NCBI RefSeq assembly: GCF_963525875.1
Contig: NZ_CAURMG010000005.1
Span: 3,406-67,405, forward strand
Source of the DNA: an uncultured Gemella sp.
GTDB taxonomy: Bacteria > Bacillota > Bacilli > Staphylococcales > Gemellaceae
Direction of reading: 5' to 3'
DNA: 64,000 bases
In this document: one piece after another, positions 48,931 to 60,402 of the stretch
Position numbering within the stretch: the first letter of the stretch is position 1
How the letters are laid out: each line of letters opens with the position of its first letter
Notes under the pieces: model-generated
Databases searched by the model: none
The model's input: only the letters and a program-made list of their open reading frames with translations
Told to the model about the DNA's origin: nothing
Translations under genes and position numbers: made by a program

Positions 48931-51186
48931 TTATTTATTCCAAATATCTTCATTGTATTGAGCAATTGTACGGTCAGATGAGAAGAACCCTGCTTTTGCA
49001 ATATTTACGATAACTTTCTTCATCCATAATTCACGGTTTTCGTAGTCTGCTAACATTTCTTCTTTCTTAGCGTAATATTCCTCAAAATCAATAAGTGTCA
49101 TGAACCAATCTTTATTAAGTAGTTCGCTGTATAATCTTTCTAATCTTTCTTTGTTTCCAAGTTTTACTAATTCTTTAGAAACGATGAAGTCTACAACTTC
49201 TTTAACACCATCTTTTTCATAGTATTCTTTAGAAACATATCCTGCAGTTTCGTAAAGTTTAATGATTTCATCACTTTCTTTACCAAAGATGTAGATATTT
49301 TCACGTCCAACTAGTTCATCGATTTCTACGTTAGCTCCATCTAATGTTCCTAGAGTTAAAGCTCCGTTTAACATAAATTTCATGTTACCAGTTCCACTTG
49401 CTTCTTTAGAAGCTAACGAAATTTGTTCAGAAATATCAGTTGCCGGAATTAATTTTTCTGCAACACTTACGTTATAGTTTTCAACTAGGAATACATTTAA
49501 GTATTTGTTTACTTCTGGATCATTGTTAATTAATTCTGATAGACATAGAATTAAGTGAATGATATCTTGAGCTATAATATAAGCTGGTGCTGCTTTCCCA
49601 CCAAAGAATACAGTAATTTTTCTTTCTGGTAATTTACCATTTTTAATATCTAAGTATTTTTTGATTACATATAAAGCGTTCATTTGTTGACGTTTATATT
49701 CGTGAAATCTCTTGATTTGTGTATCAATAATACTGTTTTCATCTAATTCGATACCTTGAGTTTCTTTTAGGTATTCTTTAAGAACAAGTTTATTCTCATG
49801 TTTAATTTCTTCTAATTTAGCTGCTACTTCTTTACTATCAACAAATGCTAATAATTTTTCTAATTTAGTTGCATCTGTTAAATATTCATCTCCAATTAGA
49901 TCTTTTAAGTATGCTGCTAACGATCTGTTAGAGAACTCTAACCAACGTCTGAATGTAATACCATTTGTTTTGTTATTAAATTTCTCTGGGTATAACTCAT
50001 AGAAGTGTTTTAACTCAGAGTTTTTAAGAATTTCAGTGTGTAGGTATGCAACCCCATTTACACTGTTAGAGAAGTGAATATCCATGTTTGCCATGTGTAC
50101 TCTGTCATCTTTATCGATGATTTGAATATCTTCACCTTCATATTTTTCTCTAATTACAGCATCTAATTGTTTGATGATTGTTACTAGGTGTGGTACCACT
50201 TCTTCTAAATATGCTAATGGCCATTTTTCTAGAGCCTCAGCTAAGATAGTGTGGTTTGTGTAACCAGTCATTTTTTGAACGATTGTGTAAGCTTCTTCAA
50301 ATTCAATTCCGTGTTTTTCAGTTAATAATCTGATTAATTCAGGAATTACCATACTTGGGTGAGTATCGTTAATTTGAATATATGCATACTCATATAAGTC
50401 GTGTACATTACTTCCTTTAGCAATTGCTTCATCTAAAATTAATTGAGCTGCATTTGACACCATGAAGTATTGTTGATAAATACGTAGTAATTCACCATTT
50501 TTATCACTATCATCTGGATATAAGAATAATGTTAAGTTCTTCTCAATTTCAGTTTTATCGAAACTAATACCATTTTCAATGATACTGCTATCTACTGATT
50601 CAATATCAAATAGGTTTAGATAGTTTTTAGTATCTTTTTTATATCCTAATACGTCAATTCTTTTTAGAGTTGAAGTTAGGTTGAAGTTTTTAAATGGCAC
50701 TGTATATTTAACATCAGTATCTCTTAACCATGAAGAATCTTCAATCCAGAAGTTTGGTTCAGCATGTTGTTCATTTTTAACAAATACTTGTCTGAATAAT
50801 CCACAGTGGTAGTTTAAACCTACACCGTCTCCGTTAATTCCTAGTGATGAAATTGAATCGATGAAACAAGATGCAAGACGTCCAAGACCTCCGTTACCAA
50901 GTGATGGTTCTAATTCTGCTTCCTCAACATCACTAAGACGTTTGTTAGCTGCGTTTAATTCTTTTTCAATTTCTTCATAGATTCCTAAGTTAATTAGGTT
51001 ATTTGATAATAGTTTACCAATTAAAAATTCTGCTGAAATGTAGTAAACTTTTTTCTTATCATTATTTTGAGCTTTCTTGTCAGCTTCTTCTTTTACATAG
51101 TTTAATAGTTGTTTATAAATTTCTTTGTTATCTAAAGTACTTAGTTCTTTACTTGTATTATCTAATACATATTTACTAAATGACAT
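48931..51186 (-). CDS. malP: Maltodextrin/glycogen phosphorylase
   Basis: [25 protein letters not shown] (PLP lysine). Confidence 0.93.
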   Translation of the reverse strand: MSFSKYVLDNTSKELSTLDNKEIYKQLLNYVKEEADKKAQNNDKKKVYYISAEFLIGKLLSNNLINLGIYEEIEKELNAANKRLSDVEEAELEPSLGNGGLGRLASCFIDSISSLGINGDGVGLNYHCGLFRQVFVKNEQHAEPNFWIEDSSWLRDTDVKYTVPFKNFNLTSTLKRIDVLGYKKDTKNYLNLFDIESVDSSIIENGISFDKTEIEKNLTLFLYPDDSDKNGELLRIYQQYFMVSNAAQLILDEAIAKGSNVHDLYEYAYIQINDTHPSMVIPELIRLLTEKHGIEFEEAYTIVQKMTGYTNHTILAEALEKWPLAYLEEVVPHLVTIIKQLDAVIREKYEGEDIQIIDKDDRVHMANMDIHFSNSVNGVAYLHTEILKNSELKHFYELYPEKFNNKTNGITFRRWLEFSNRSLAAYLKDLIGDEYLTDATKLEKLLAFVDSKEVAAKLEEIKHENKLVLKEYLKETQGIELDENSIIDTQIKRFHEYKRQQMNALYVIKKYLDIKNGKLPERKITVFFGGKAAPAYIIAQDIIHLILCLSELINNDPEVNKYLNVFLVENYNVSVAEKLIPATDISEQISLASKEASGTGNMKFMLNGALTLGTLDGANVEIDELVGRENIYIFGKESDEIIKLYETAGYVSKEYYEKDGVKEVVDFIVSKELVKLGNKERLERLYSELLNKDWFMTLIDFEEYYAKKEEMLADYENRELWMKKVIVNIAKAGFFSSDRTIAQYNEDIWNK

Positions 51187-51187
51187 T

Positions 51188-52678
51188 TTATACCCTCTCT
51201 CTTGAATATCTTACTGTAATATTTCTTAAAAATTCTTTTCTTTCTTCAGTTAAATCTTCTGCAAGCATTCTCCACTCCCAGTTTCCTCCAACTGTTGATG
51301 GAACGTTCATTCTACTTGTTGCATCTTTATCTAACAAATCTTGCATTGTTACGATTGCATAATCACTTACTGAAGAATAGATTCCTCTAATCATTGCTTC
51401 TGTGATTTTCTCATCATCACGACGATTTAGATAGTCAGAAACTAATTTTCTTTCTGATTCGCTAAGTTTTTCATACCATCCATTAACTACATCATTATCA
51501 TGTGTTCCTGTATAAGCAACACTGTTTTGTGTGTAATGATGTGGACGATCTAAATTATCTTCTCCTGGGAAAGCAAATTGAAGAATCTTCATACCTGGAT
51601 ACCCAGAATCATCTAATAATTTTTCTGCTTTTTCATCAATAAACCCTAGATTTTCTGCGATAATCGGTAAATCTCCTAATTGCTCTTTAATTTTTTGGAA
51701 TAATTCAATTCCCGGTCCAGCTTCCCAAGTACCGTTAACTGCATTTTCAGCATCTCTATCGATTTGCCAGAAATCAGAGAATCCTTTGAAATGGTCTATA
51801 CGAAGCACATCATAGATTTTGAAACTTTCTTGAACTCGATAAATCCACCATGAGAATTCTTGTTCTTTATGTTTTTTCCAATCATATATTGGATTACCCC
51901 AAAGTTGTCCTGTAGGGCTGAAATCATCTGCTGGACAACCGGCTACATAAAGTGGTTCATTGTTTTCATCAACTTTGAACAATTCAGGCATAGTCCACAT
52001 TTCAACACTATCAGCACTTACATAAATTGGCATATCTCCAATAATTTTAACTCCTTTACTATTAGCATATTCCTTTAATGCTAACCATTGTTTAAAGAAG
52101 AAATATTGTGTAACTGTATAGTATCTTATACTATCTTGAAGTTCAGTACGATATTTTTCACGTGCAGTTTTATCCGCTCTTTTTATTTCTTCATCCCAGT
52201 GAATAAAACTCTTATATCCAAAACTTTCTTTTATCGCCATATATTCAGCATAATCAGCTAACCAACTTGAATTCTCAGCTTCAAATTTTTCAATCTCAGT
52301 TAATACTTTACTATTTTTAATTGTGTTAGCAACTGCTTTTTCTAGAATAGGTCTTCTAGCTTCAAATAATAGTGCATAATCAACTTTTTCAGGATTTTCT
52401 CCAAAGTTAACACCTGCATAATCACTTTCTTCTAATAATCCATCTTCTTTTAATAATGAAAAATCAATTAGATTTAAGTTCCCTGCAACTGCTGAAAAAC
52501 TTTGATAAGGTGAATCTCCATAACTTGTAGTTGTTAGTGGTAAAATTTGCCAATATGTTTGTTTTGTTTCTTCTAAAAAGTCTACAAAATCATATGCACT
52601 TTTACCAAATGTTCCTATTCCAAATTGTCCTGGTAATGATGTGATATGCATCAAAACACCACTTGAACGTTTTGTCAT
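51188..52678 (-). CDS. malQ: 4-alpha-glucanotransferase (amylomaltase, GH77)
   Basis: [29 protein letters not shown]. Confidence 0.96.
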   Translation of the reverse strand: MTKRSSGVLMHITSLPGQFGIGTFGKSAYDFVDFLEETKQTYWQILPLTTTSYGDSPYQSFSAVAGNLNLIDFSLLKEDGLLEESDYAGVNFGENPEKVDYALLFEARRPILEKAVANTIKNSKVLTEIEKFEAENSSWLADYAEYMAIKESFGYKSFIHWDEEIKRADKTAREKYRTELQDSIRYYTVTQYFFFKQWLALKEYANSKGVKIIGDMPIYVSADSVEMWTMPELFKVDENNEPLYVAGCPADDFSPTGQLWGNPIYDWKKHKEQEFSWWIYRVQESFKIYDVLRIDHFKGFSDFWQIDRDAENAVNGTWEAGPGIELFQKIKEQLGDLPIIAENLGFIDEKAEKLLDDSGYPGMKILQFAFPGEDNLDRPHHYTQNSVAYTGTHDNDVVNGWYEKLSESERKLVSDYLNRRDDEKITEAMIRGIYSSVSDYAIVTMQDLLDKDATSRMNVPSTVGGNWEWRMLAEDLTEERKEFLRNITVRYSRERV

Positions 52679-52707
52679 TCTTTTTTTCCTCCGTTATTAT
52701 TTATAAC

Positions 52708-52776
52708 TTGTCTTTACAAAATAAGTTTTTATTACTTAACAATAATTATTATAATAAAACACTTTCACTTTGTCAA
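52708..52776 (-). promoter_or_regulatory. malQ promoter with a downstream GntR/TreR-like operator
   Basis: TTGACA(52776-52771)-17-TATAAT(52753-52748); imperfect palindrome TTGTCTTTACAA at 52708-52719. Confidence 0.6.
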
Positions 52777-52918
52777 CAACATTTATGTAATTCTTTTTCT
52801 TTTCTTCTTGAACATATACGTAAATGTCTCGAAACGCATAAAAGATAACTTTAATTCTTGCATTTTATATGAACTGCATTTATAATTAAGTAGATAAATT
52901 TTGCGAGGAAAACAATAT

Positions 52919-53626
52919 ATGAGTAAATACAAAAAAGTCTATACGGACTTAAAAGAAAAAATAGATACTCGTTTTTATAAGCGTAATACTGAATTACCAA
53001 GTGAAAATGAGCTAGTTAAAGAATATGGTTATTCTAAAGATACGATAAGAAAAGCCTTATCTTTACTTGAAATCAATGGTTATATACAAAAAATAAAAGG
53101 AAAAAACTCCTTAATTCTTGGACATGGAAGAATAAAAAATAATTATCTCGGTAATATAAAAACTTCTTCAGAATTAAATATTGATGGAAAATATGAAATT
53201 AAAACTACCCTTGAATCTTTATATATAATTCAAGGAGATAAAAAAATAATGGATATTTTTGGAGCTAACGAAAATAATGATTTTTATAGAGTTAGTCGTA
53301 GTAGAATAATAAATGGTGAACGTCTTGAATATGAAGTATCATATTTCGACCGCAAGCTTGTTCCATTCATTAACAAAGACATAGCAGAATCTTCTATTTA
53401 TAAATATTTAGAAAAAGAATTAGGCTTAAATATTACGCACTCAAGACGCGAAATATCTTTTAGATATGCAACAGAAGAAGAAAAACAGCATATGGACTTA
53501 GGTGAATATAATATGGTAGCCGTTGTTGAAAGTATCACTTATCTATCAAACGGAAATATTCTCCAATATGGAATATTAAGCTACAGACCTGACAAATTCA
53601 CATTTGTAACTATGGCGAAAAGATAA
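52919..53626 (+). CDS. GntR/UTRA regulator, TreR-like
   Basis: LPSENEL, TIRKAL, SIYKYLE, RPDKF; start at MSKYK. Confidence 0.88.
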   Translation: MSKYKKVYTDLKEKIDTRFYKRNTELPSENELVKEYGYSKDTIRKALSLLEINGYIQKIKGKNSLILGHGRIKNNYLGNIKTSSELNIDGKYEIKTTLESLYIIQGDKKIMDIFGANENNDFYRVSRSRIINGERLEYEVSYFDRKLVPFINKDIAESSIYKYLEKELGLNITHSRREISFRYATEEEKQHMDLGEYNMVAVVESITYLSNGNILQYGILSYRPDKFTFVTMAKR

Positions 53627-53706
53627 TAACGACTCATAAATTACGATTTTATACAGATAAAATTTATAGAGTCGTTCTTTTTCTTGTTTTTAATTTTAAA
53701 CTAAAC

Positions 53707-53848
53707 TTACTGTTTTAGTTGTAGCTTGCGACACCTTCATATCTTTTGCTATCTCAAAAGGATATTCCGTTTAGAAAATAAGCCTGTAGTCTTATTTTCT
53801 CGCAGTGAAACACAAAAGTGTTTCACTTCAGCTACTACAAAACAGTAA
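53707..53848. repeat. Multi-hairpin palindromic element 1 (outer stem plus 3 hairpins)
   Basis: TTACTGTTTT...AAAACAGTAA encloses hairpins at 53739-53765, 53773-53800 and 53804-53827. Confidence 0.7.
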
Positions 53849-53881
53849 ATAATGCCTAATAATTAAGTTTTAAATATTATT

Positions 53882-54055
53882 AATTTTACTCAAATATTTT
53901 GAAATGGTGAAAATGGAACTTGGAAAGTTCCATCGGTAAAATTAAGACTAAAGGCTTAATTTTAAGGTGTAATATCCACTTTAATTGTCTAAATGACAAT
54001 TAAAGTTAGATGGAACCATCCGCCACCTTACTTAAAATATTTGAATAGTAAAATT
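53882..54055. repeat. Multi-hairpin palindromic element 2 (outer stem plus 4 hairpins)
   Basis: AATTTTACTCAAATATTTT...AAAATATTTGAATAGTAAAATT encloses ATGGAACTT/AAGTTCCAT, AAAATTAAG/CTTAATTTT, ACTTTAATTGTC/GACAATTAAAGT and GATGG/CCATC. Confidence 0.7.
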
Positions 54056-54075
54056 AAATTATCTAAATATACACA

Positions 54076-54114
54076 AAAAACTGATAAAGGAAAATTGTTC
54101 CTCTATCAGTTTTT
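54076..54114 (-). terminator. pgi terminator
   Basis: AAAAACTGATA...TATCAGTTTTT just past the pgi stop. Confidence 0.75.
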
Positions 54115-54127
54115 ATTTTATCCGAGA

Positions 54128-55477
54128 TTATTTTAATCTTTCTTCTAATTCTGCTTTTAAGTCTTCAAATCCAGGTTTTCCAAGAAGTGCAAACATATTT
54201 TTCTTATACGCTTCTACTCCAGGTTGGTCAAATGGATTCAATCCTTGCATGTATCCAGAAATACCTACAGCTTTTTCAAAGAAGTATACTAAGTATCCAA
54301 ATGTAAACTCACTCATATCTGGAAGTTCTACTACAAAGTTAGGTACTCCACCATCTGTATGAGCAAGAAGAGTTCCTTCAAATGCTTTAGTATTTACAAA
54401 ATCCATAGTTTTTCCAGCAAGATAATTAAGTCCATCTAAGTTATTTTCAGCTTCTTTAAGCTCAATATCTTTATTTGGAGATTTAACTTTTAAGATAGTT
54501 TCAATTAGAATACGACGTCCTTCTTGAACATATTGTCCCATAGAGTGAAGATCTGTTGAGAAGCAAACACTTGATGGATATAATGATTTTCCATCTTTAC
54601 CTTCAGATTCACCATAAAGTTGTTTCCACCACTCATTAAAGTAAACCATTGATGGTTCATAAGAAACAAGAATCTCGATTAATTTACCTTTTTGTTGTAA
54701 TACGTTACGCATTACAGCATATTGATAAGCTATATTCGTACTTAAGTCTGGTGTAGAAAGTTCATCTTGAGCTAATTTTGCACCAGCCATCATTTTATCA
54801 ATATCAACACCACTTACAGCAATTGGAAGTAATCCTACTGCAGTAAGAACTGTGAAACGCCCACCGATATCATCAGGTACTACAAATGTTTCATAACCTT
54901 CATCATCAGCTAGTGATTTTAATGCTCCACGAGCTTTATCAGTAGTAGCAAAGATTCTTTCTCTTGCTCCTTCTTTTCCATATTTTTCCTCTAATAGTTC
55001 TTTGAAAATACGGAATGCAATCGCAGGCTCAGTAGTTGTACCAGATTTAGAAATCACATTTACAGAGAAATCTTTTCCTGTAGTTTTTAAGTAATTAACT
55101 AATTCTTGAGTATAACTTGAAGAAATAGTATGACCTACGAAGAAAATTTGAGGTGCCTTTCTATCTTTCTCATAAAAGTTATAGAAACTATCATTTAACA
55201 TTTCAATAGCTGCACGAGCTCCTAAGTATGATCCACCAATTCCGATAACAACAAGTACATCAGAGTTACCTTGAATTTTTTTACTAGCTTCTTTAATTCT
55301 AGCGAATTCTTCTTTATCATAGTTAGTTGGTAAATCTACCCAACCTAAAAAGTCACTTCCCACTCCCGTTTTATTATGTAATTGATCGTGAGCAACTTTC
55401 ACATAACCTTCCATATTTTTCACTTCTTGTTCGTTAAAGAAGTTTAGTGCTTTCGAATAGTCAAAATTTAAGTGCAT
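54128..55477 (-). CDS. pgi: Glucose-6-phosphate isomerase
   Basis: [41 protein letters not shown]; start at MHLNF. Confidence 0.97.
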   Translation of the reverse strand: MHLNFDYSKALNFFNEQEVKNMEGYVKVAHDQLHNKTGVGSDFLGWVDLPTNYDKEEFARIKEASKKIQGNSDVLVVIGIGGSYLGARAAIEMLNDSFYNFYEKDRKAPQIFFVGHTISSSYTQELVNYLKTTGKDFSVNVISKSGTTTEPAIAFRIFKELLEEKYGKEGARERIFATTDKARGALKSLADDEGYETFVVPDDIGGRFTVLTAVGLLPIAVSGVDIDKMMAGAKLAQDELSTPDLSTNIAYQYAVMRNVLQQKGKLIEILVSYEPSMVYFNEWWKQLYGESEGKDGKSLYPSSVCFSTDLHSMGQYVQEGRRILIETILKVKSPNKDIELKEAENNLDGLNYLAGKTMDFVNTKAFEGTLLAHTDGGVPNFVVELPDMSEFTFGYLVYFFEKAVGISGYMQGLNPFDQPGVEAYKKNMFALLGKPGFEDLKAELEERLK

Positions 55478-55500
55478 TTTTGTTCTCCTTATTTGTTTTT

Positions 55501-56484
55501 TCATCTTTTATTATAAATCATTGTTGGCTTATCGTCTATAATATAATCATAAATTAATTCAGAAACTTTATCCGCATTATGCCTAATTGTATTATTATCA
55601 ACGATTCCTACGTCATTATTTTTTATTAATTTTATTCCTAGCTCTTGTATTTTTTCTTGATCGATTTTGACCGGTTCTTGTTTTTCTTTGTGATATTTCG
55701 ATAAAATACTATCATCAAACTCACGTGAATTTGCAATTACCAAATCAAAAATATTCTCTTCTACATGTTTATTTATTGCAACGACATGATCAGAAACTGA
55801 ATAATTATCCGTCTCTCCATGCTGAGTCATAACATTACAAACATATATCTTCTTAGCATTACTTTCTCTTATTTTTTCTGAAACTTTAGATATAACTAAA
55901 TTAGGTATTATAGACGTATATAAGCTACCTGGTCCCATTATAATATAATCTGCCTGTTCAATAGCCCTTAATACATCTTCATTTGGTTTAACCCTAGAAG
56001 GAGTGATATACACATGATCTATTACTCCTCCAGCTTCAGTAATCGAAGATTCCCCCCTTATTATTTCACCTGTTGATAGTACTGCGTTTAGAGTCGCTAT
56101 ATCATTAGTTGTAGGCAAGACAGTACCACGCACATTTAAAATTCTACTCATAACTTTTACTGCTGTAGAAAAGTCACCGTGTATATCCGTCATAGCCGCT
56201 ATCATTAAATTACCTACCGGATGTCCCTTAACCTCACCACTATCAAAACGATATTGGAACATTTTCTCTAAATACGGCTCTACATCCGATAATGCTGCTA
56301 TAACATTTCGAATATCTCCTGGTGAGGGAATATTCATATCACTTCTTATCTTTCCAGAGCTTCCTCCATCATCTGCTACCGTTACTATTGCTGTTATATC
56401 AAGAGGATATTTTTTTAATCCTCTTAAAAGAACCGATAATCCAGTTCCTCCACCGATAGTAACTACTTTTACTTTAGTACTCAT
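55501..56484 (-). CDS. yvcK: Gluconeogenesis factor / UDP-GlcNAc-binding protein YvcK (GlmR)
   Basis: [28 protein letters not shown]. Confidence 0.93.
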   Translation of the reverse strand: MSTKVKVVTIGGGTGLSVLLRGLKKYPLDITAIVTVADDGGSSGKIRSDMNIPSPGDIRNVIAALSDVEPYLEKMFQYRFDSGEVKGHPVGNLMIAAMTDIHGDFSTAVKVMSRILNVRGTVLPTTNDIATLNAVLSTGEIIRGESSITEAGGVIDHVYITPSRVKPNEDVLRAIEQADYIIMGPGSLYTSIIPNLVISKVSEKIRESNAKKIYVCNVMTQHGETDNYSVSDHVVAINKHVEENIFDLVIANSREFDDSILSKYHKEKQEPVKIDQEKIQELGIKLIKNNDVGIVDNNTIRHNADKVSELIYDYIIDDKPTMIYNKR

Positions 56485-56488
56485 CTTC

Positions 56489-57349
56489 TTACCTACCCTT
56501 ATTAATATCTCTATGTTCTAAGTATACTCTATATCCTAATTTTGAAATATCTTCATGTAGTCTTCTTGCAACACTTACAGAACGGTGCTTTCCACCTGTA
56601 CAGCCCACAGCTATTGCAACTTTATCTCTTCCTTCATATTGATATTTATCTACCATATACGTCATAAGATCTAAATACTTATCATAAAACTCTTGAGTAA
56701 CTTCATCATCAAAAACAAAATTATACACTTCGCTATCCTGCCCAGTTTTTTCTCTAAGTTGATTTGTATAAAATGGGTTTTTTAGAAAACGAACATCAAC
56801 AATGTTATCAGCATCTATCGGTACCCCATATTTATATCCAAAACTAGAAATTGTAATATGATAACTATCTTTTTTCTCGATTCCAAAATCTTCTAGTATT
56901 CTCTTCTTCAAATCTTTTACAGTTGTGTTAGTAGTATCATAGATATAGTTAGCAATACCTTTCACTTCATCCATATCTTTTCTTTCTTGAGAAATACCCT
57001 CAAGCAAACTAAACTCCGTAGACAATGGATGATTTTTCCTAGTCTCTTTATATCTATTAACTAACACTTGATCATCACTATCCAAGAATATTATTCTAAC
57101 ATCAAAATACTCACTGTGTTGTATTTTTTTTAATAATTCTTTTAAATTTACAAAGAGATGTTTACTTCTAATATCTATGCTTATCGCTGTCTTATCAATC
57201 TCTTTTTCTTCAATTATTCTTAAGAAATCTTCCACTACTAATCCAGGTAAATTATCTGTGCAAAAATATCCTTGATTTTCAAAAACTTCTAATGCTGTAT
57301 TTTTCCCTGCTCCACTTATTCCTGTAATAATAACTAACTTTTTCTTCAT
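56489..57349 (-). CDS. rapZ: RNase adapter RapZ / YvcJ
   Basis: ITGISGAGK, DNLP, SFGYKYG, GCTGGKHRSV. Confidence 0.95.
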   Translation of the reverse strand: MKKKLVIITGISGAGKNTALEVFENQGYFCTDNLPGLVVEDFLRIIEEKEIDKTAISIDIRSKHLFVNLKELLKKIQHSEYFDVRIIFLDSDDQVLVNRYKETRKNHPLSTEFSLLEGISQERKDMDEVKGIANYIYDTTNTTVKDLKKRILEDFGIEKKDSYHITISSFGYKYGVPIDADNIVDVRFLKNPFYTNQLREKTGQDSEVYNFVFDDEVTQEFYDKYLDLMTYMVDKYQYEGRDKVAIAVGCTGGKHRSVSVARRLHEDISKLGYRVYLEHRDINKGR

Positions 57350-57529
57350 AGTTTCACATCCATTATATAATATTCTATAAGTTTATGGAATAATAAATTC
57401 AGTTTAACAAAGAAATAATAAACTGCTCCATTTCTCTATTGTACAACATTTCTATATATTTGTGTAGTATTTTAAAATATTAAAAAATAAAACTACCGCA
57501 AGAAATATCTTACAGTAGTTTTATATTAA

Positions 57530-60052
57530 TTACGAATTGTTTCTACTTCTATTAGTAGTGTTTGTACCATTTGTCCTATTAGTCGTTGTTCCCGTTGTGT
57601 TCCTTCTTGTTGTAGTGTTACTATTCGAAGAACCATTTTGATTCCTAATAATTGTAGTATTGTTATCATCCGAATCATTATCATTTCTACTACTATTATT
57701 ATCATTATTGTTATCGTTATTATTTCTTCTTTCTTGTTCTTCTTGATTACGTTTATTCTCTTCTTCAATCTGACGACGCTCGCTTTCAGAAATAACTTTA
57801 ACTCCTCCATTTATAGATCCGACATTACCAGGAACTGAGAATCCTTTTGGCGGATGAATACGAACTATATTTTGCATATTAATTCGATATAATGCTTGTG
57901 TTTTTTGCGTATCATCTTGAGTCATAAACTTAGTTGGACCATCTATAGCGTCAAACCCTTGCCATACAGCCAGTGTATAATTACTAGTATATCCAATTGT
58001 CCAAGAATCTTTTGAATAGTTATCAATATCGAAACCATACTTTTGAGCTTCTCCTTCACCAAAAGTTGTAGTTCCAGTTTTAACTGCCATATCAGCTCCA
58101 CTAATTCGAGCAAACCCTGCATTTCCATTTACAACATTTCTAAGCATTGATGTCATAATATAAGCTGTAGATTCTTTAATAACTCGTTTTCTATCATCTG
58201 TACTGAAACTCTTAATTTCAGTTCCCTCACTATCATAAACCTTTTTAATAGCTTTAGGAGTCGCGTAATATCCTCCATTACTAAACGGAACATATGCTCC
58301 TGCCATTTGTAATGGTGAGAATCCATCTCCACTTCCTCCAATAGGAGTTGTGATAGAATCATCTGTAATATTCATTCCTACATTTGCGGCATATTGTTTT
58401 ACTCTATTAAATCCAACTTCCTGATATGTTTTAACAGCAGGAATATTGTAAGACCAAACTAAAGCGTTATTTATAGTAATATTACCGTGGAATTGTCTAT
58501 CCCAGTTTTGAATTTGCGATCCTTGGATTTTACTATCATTAACAGTATGATCAGAACCCCAATTTAAGTATTCAATCGCTGGTCCATATGCAAGTATTGG
58601 TTTGATAGACGAACCAGGTTGCAGTTTTGCTTGTGTTGCAATGTTAAACCCATGGAATGTTTGTTTTTTACCACCGTATAATGCAGCAATACCACTATTC
58701 TCGTTATTTAATACAACCATCGCAACATTGCTAGCTTGTTTAATTCCAGCATAATTTGAATTTACACTTTCAGTTAATGTATCTTGAATTTTCGAATCAA
58801 AGTTTGTATAAATTTTCAATCCAAGATTCAATACATCTCCTTCATAGTCTTTATACTCTTTACTATTTTTCAATTCAGCAACTATTTGGTTCATATATGA
58901 TGTATATTTAGAATCAAATTCACTTGATAATAATACACGTTCACTTTCATCACGTTTAATTATTCCAGATAATACATCTGTTTTTTGAGCAGCTGTAGCA
59001 TCCGCTTCAGTAATTTTACCATGATATTGCATTAGATATAATACTGTATCACGACGTGATTTTGCAGCCTCCGGATTATCATATGGGTTATATGTATTTG
59101 GATGCTGAGGCATACCTGCTAAAAGAGCCATTTGCGGAAGAGTTAATTGATTCAAGTCTTTTCCATAATAATATTTAGCTGCTGTTTTTAAACCATATAC
59201 TCCATCAGAATAATATATTCTATTTACATACATTGTAAATATTGATTCTTTATCATAGTTTTGTTCAAGTTTATACGCTAAGTATGCTTCTTGAACCTTA
59301 CGTTTTACACTCTTATTATCATCTAAGAACGTTCTTTTAATTAACTGCTGAGAAATTGTAGATGCCCCTTGCGAACCAAATCCACTAGTAAGGTTAGATA
59401 CTACTGCACCTATTAAACGTCTAAAGTCAACAGCTCCGTGTTCAAAGAATCTGTTATCCTCTGTAGCTAAAATTGCATCCTGCATTTTTTCAGGAATGTC
59501 TGCCGTTTCTAAATTTTCACCGATTTGATTTCCTAATTTTGCTACTTCATTGTTATTTGCATCATAAACTATTGTTCTAGAATTATTATCTAGTATTTTT
59601 GAATCAAATGCTGGTGCCTGATAAATCCAAAACACACATAATAAGAATAAAGATATAATAGCAACACTAGCTGCATACAATCCATACCTTAATATTTTCA
59701 TCCATAATACCTTATTATTCTTTTTAGAATTAGGATTACTTATTCTATTTGGCCCTATTGGTCGTCTAGGTCCTCCAGATCCATTACCTCTTGCCTGTTG
59801 AGAATTTCTCGGTTGAGATGGAGGTAACGTTTGTCTTTGATTTGTACCTTGAGGTCTTTTAGGTGGTACAGGACGACTTGAGCTTGGTCCTCCTCTTCTC
59901 ATAATTTCTTCATTTGTTAATGGTCGTCTAGGTTGACCACTATTTATTGGATTATTATTTCCTCTAGATATATATCCACCTGGCATGACACTCTTTCTTT
60001 CTTGAGAGTGCCTATCTTTTCTCGATAACCGATTATTATTATTTTCTGCCAT
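57530..60052 (-). CDS. ponA: Class A penicillin-binding protein (transglycosylase-transpeptidase)
   Basis: EDNRFFEH, GASTISQQ, RKVQE; SxxK (SSIK), SxN (SYN), KTGT. Confidence 0.92.
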   Translation of the reverse strand: MAENNNNRLSRKDRHSQERKSVMPGGYISRGNNNPINSGQPRRPLTNEEIMRRGGPSSSRPVPPKRPQGTNQRQTLPPSQPRNSQQARGNGSGGPRRPIGPNRISNPNSKKNNKVLWMKILRYGLYAASVAIISLFLLCVFWIYQAPAFDSKILDNNSRTIVYDANNNEVAKLGNQIGENLETADIPEKMQDAILATEDNRFFEHGAVDFRRLIGAVVSNLTSGFGSQGASTISQQLIKRTFLDDNKSVKRKVQEAYLAYKLEQNYDKESIFTMYVNRIYYSDGVYGLKTAAKYYYGKDLNQLTLPQMALLAGMPQHPNTYNPYDNPEAAKSRRDTVLYLMQYHGKITEADATAAQKTDVLSGIIKRDESERVLLSSEFDSKYTSYMNQIVAELKNSKEYKDYEGDVLNLGLKIYTNFDSKIQDTLTESVNSNYAGIKQASNVAMVVLNNENSGIAALYGGKKQTFHGFNIATQAKLQPGSSIKPILAYGPAIEYLNWGSDHTVNDSKIQGSQIQNWDRQFHGNITINNALVWSYNIPAVKTYQEVGFNRVKQYAANVGMNITDDSITTPIGGSGDGFSPLQMAGAYVPFSNGGYYATPKAIKKVYDSEGTEIKSFSTDDRKRVIKESTAYIMTSMLRNVVNGNAGFARISGADMAVKTGTTTFGEGEAQKYGFDIDNYSKDSWTIGYTSNYTLAVWQGFDAIDGPTKFMTQDDTQKTQALYRINMQNIVRIHPPKGFSVPGNVGSINGGVKVISESERRQIEEENKRNQEEQERRNNNDNNNDNNSSRNDNDSDDNNTTIIRNQNGSSNSNTTTRRNTTGTTTNRTNGTNTTNRSRNNS

Positions 60053-60402
60053 AGCATATCCTCTCTTTTTTTATATATTTAAACTTTCACTTTATTCATA
60101 TTTATTTTTCATAATAAAATGGTATAATATACTACATTAATTTTAATGTATATTTGAAAAAAAATCAATTTTCTTTGCATATATTAACTATTATTTAACA
60201 ATATTGTAATATAAGAAAAGGTTATTAAATTATATAATTGTTAATTAATATTAAACTTAAATCATTTATTATTTTACTTTAAACTACAATATAATTTATA
60301 AACAAAAAGAAGCTAGTTTTATACCAAGCCAAGAAAATCAGACTAGGAAATCTAACTTTCTGAGATCAGCTTGCATACAATAATAGCTTCTTCTTAAATT
60401 TT

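Noticed and set aside
60308..60394. Long imperfect hairpin downstream of ppdK
   Set aside because: Adequately explained as a terminator (AAGAAGCTA/TAGCTTCTT with a U-tract on the minus strand).
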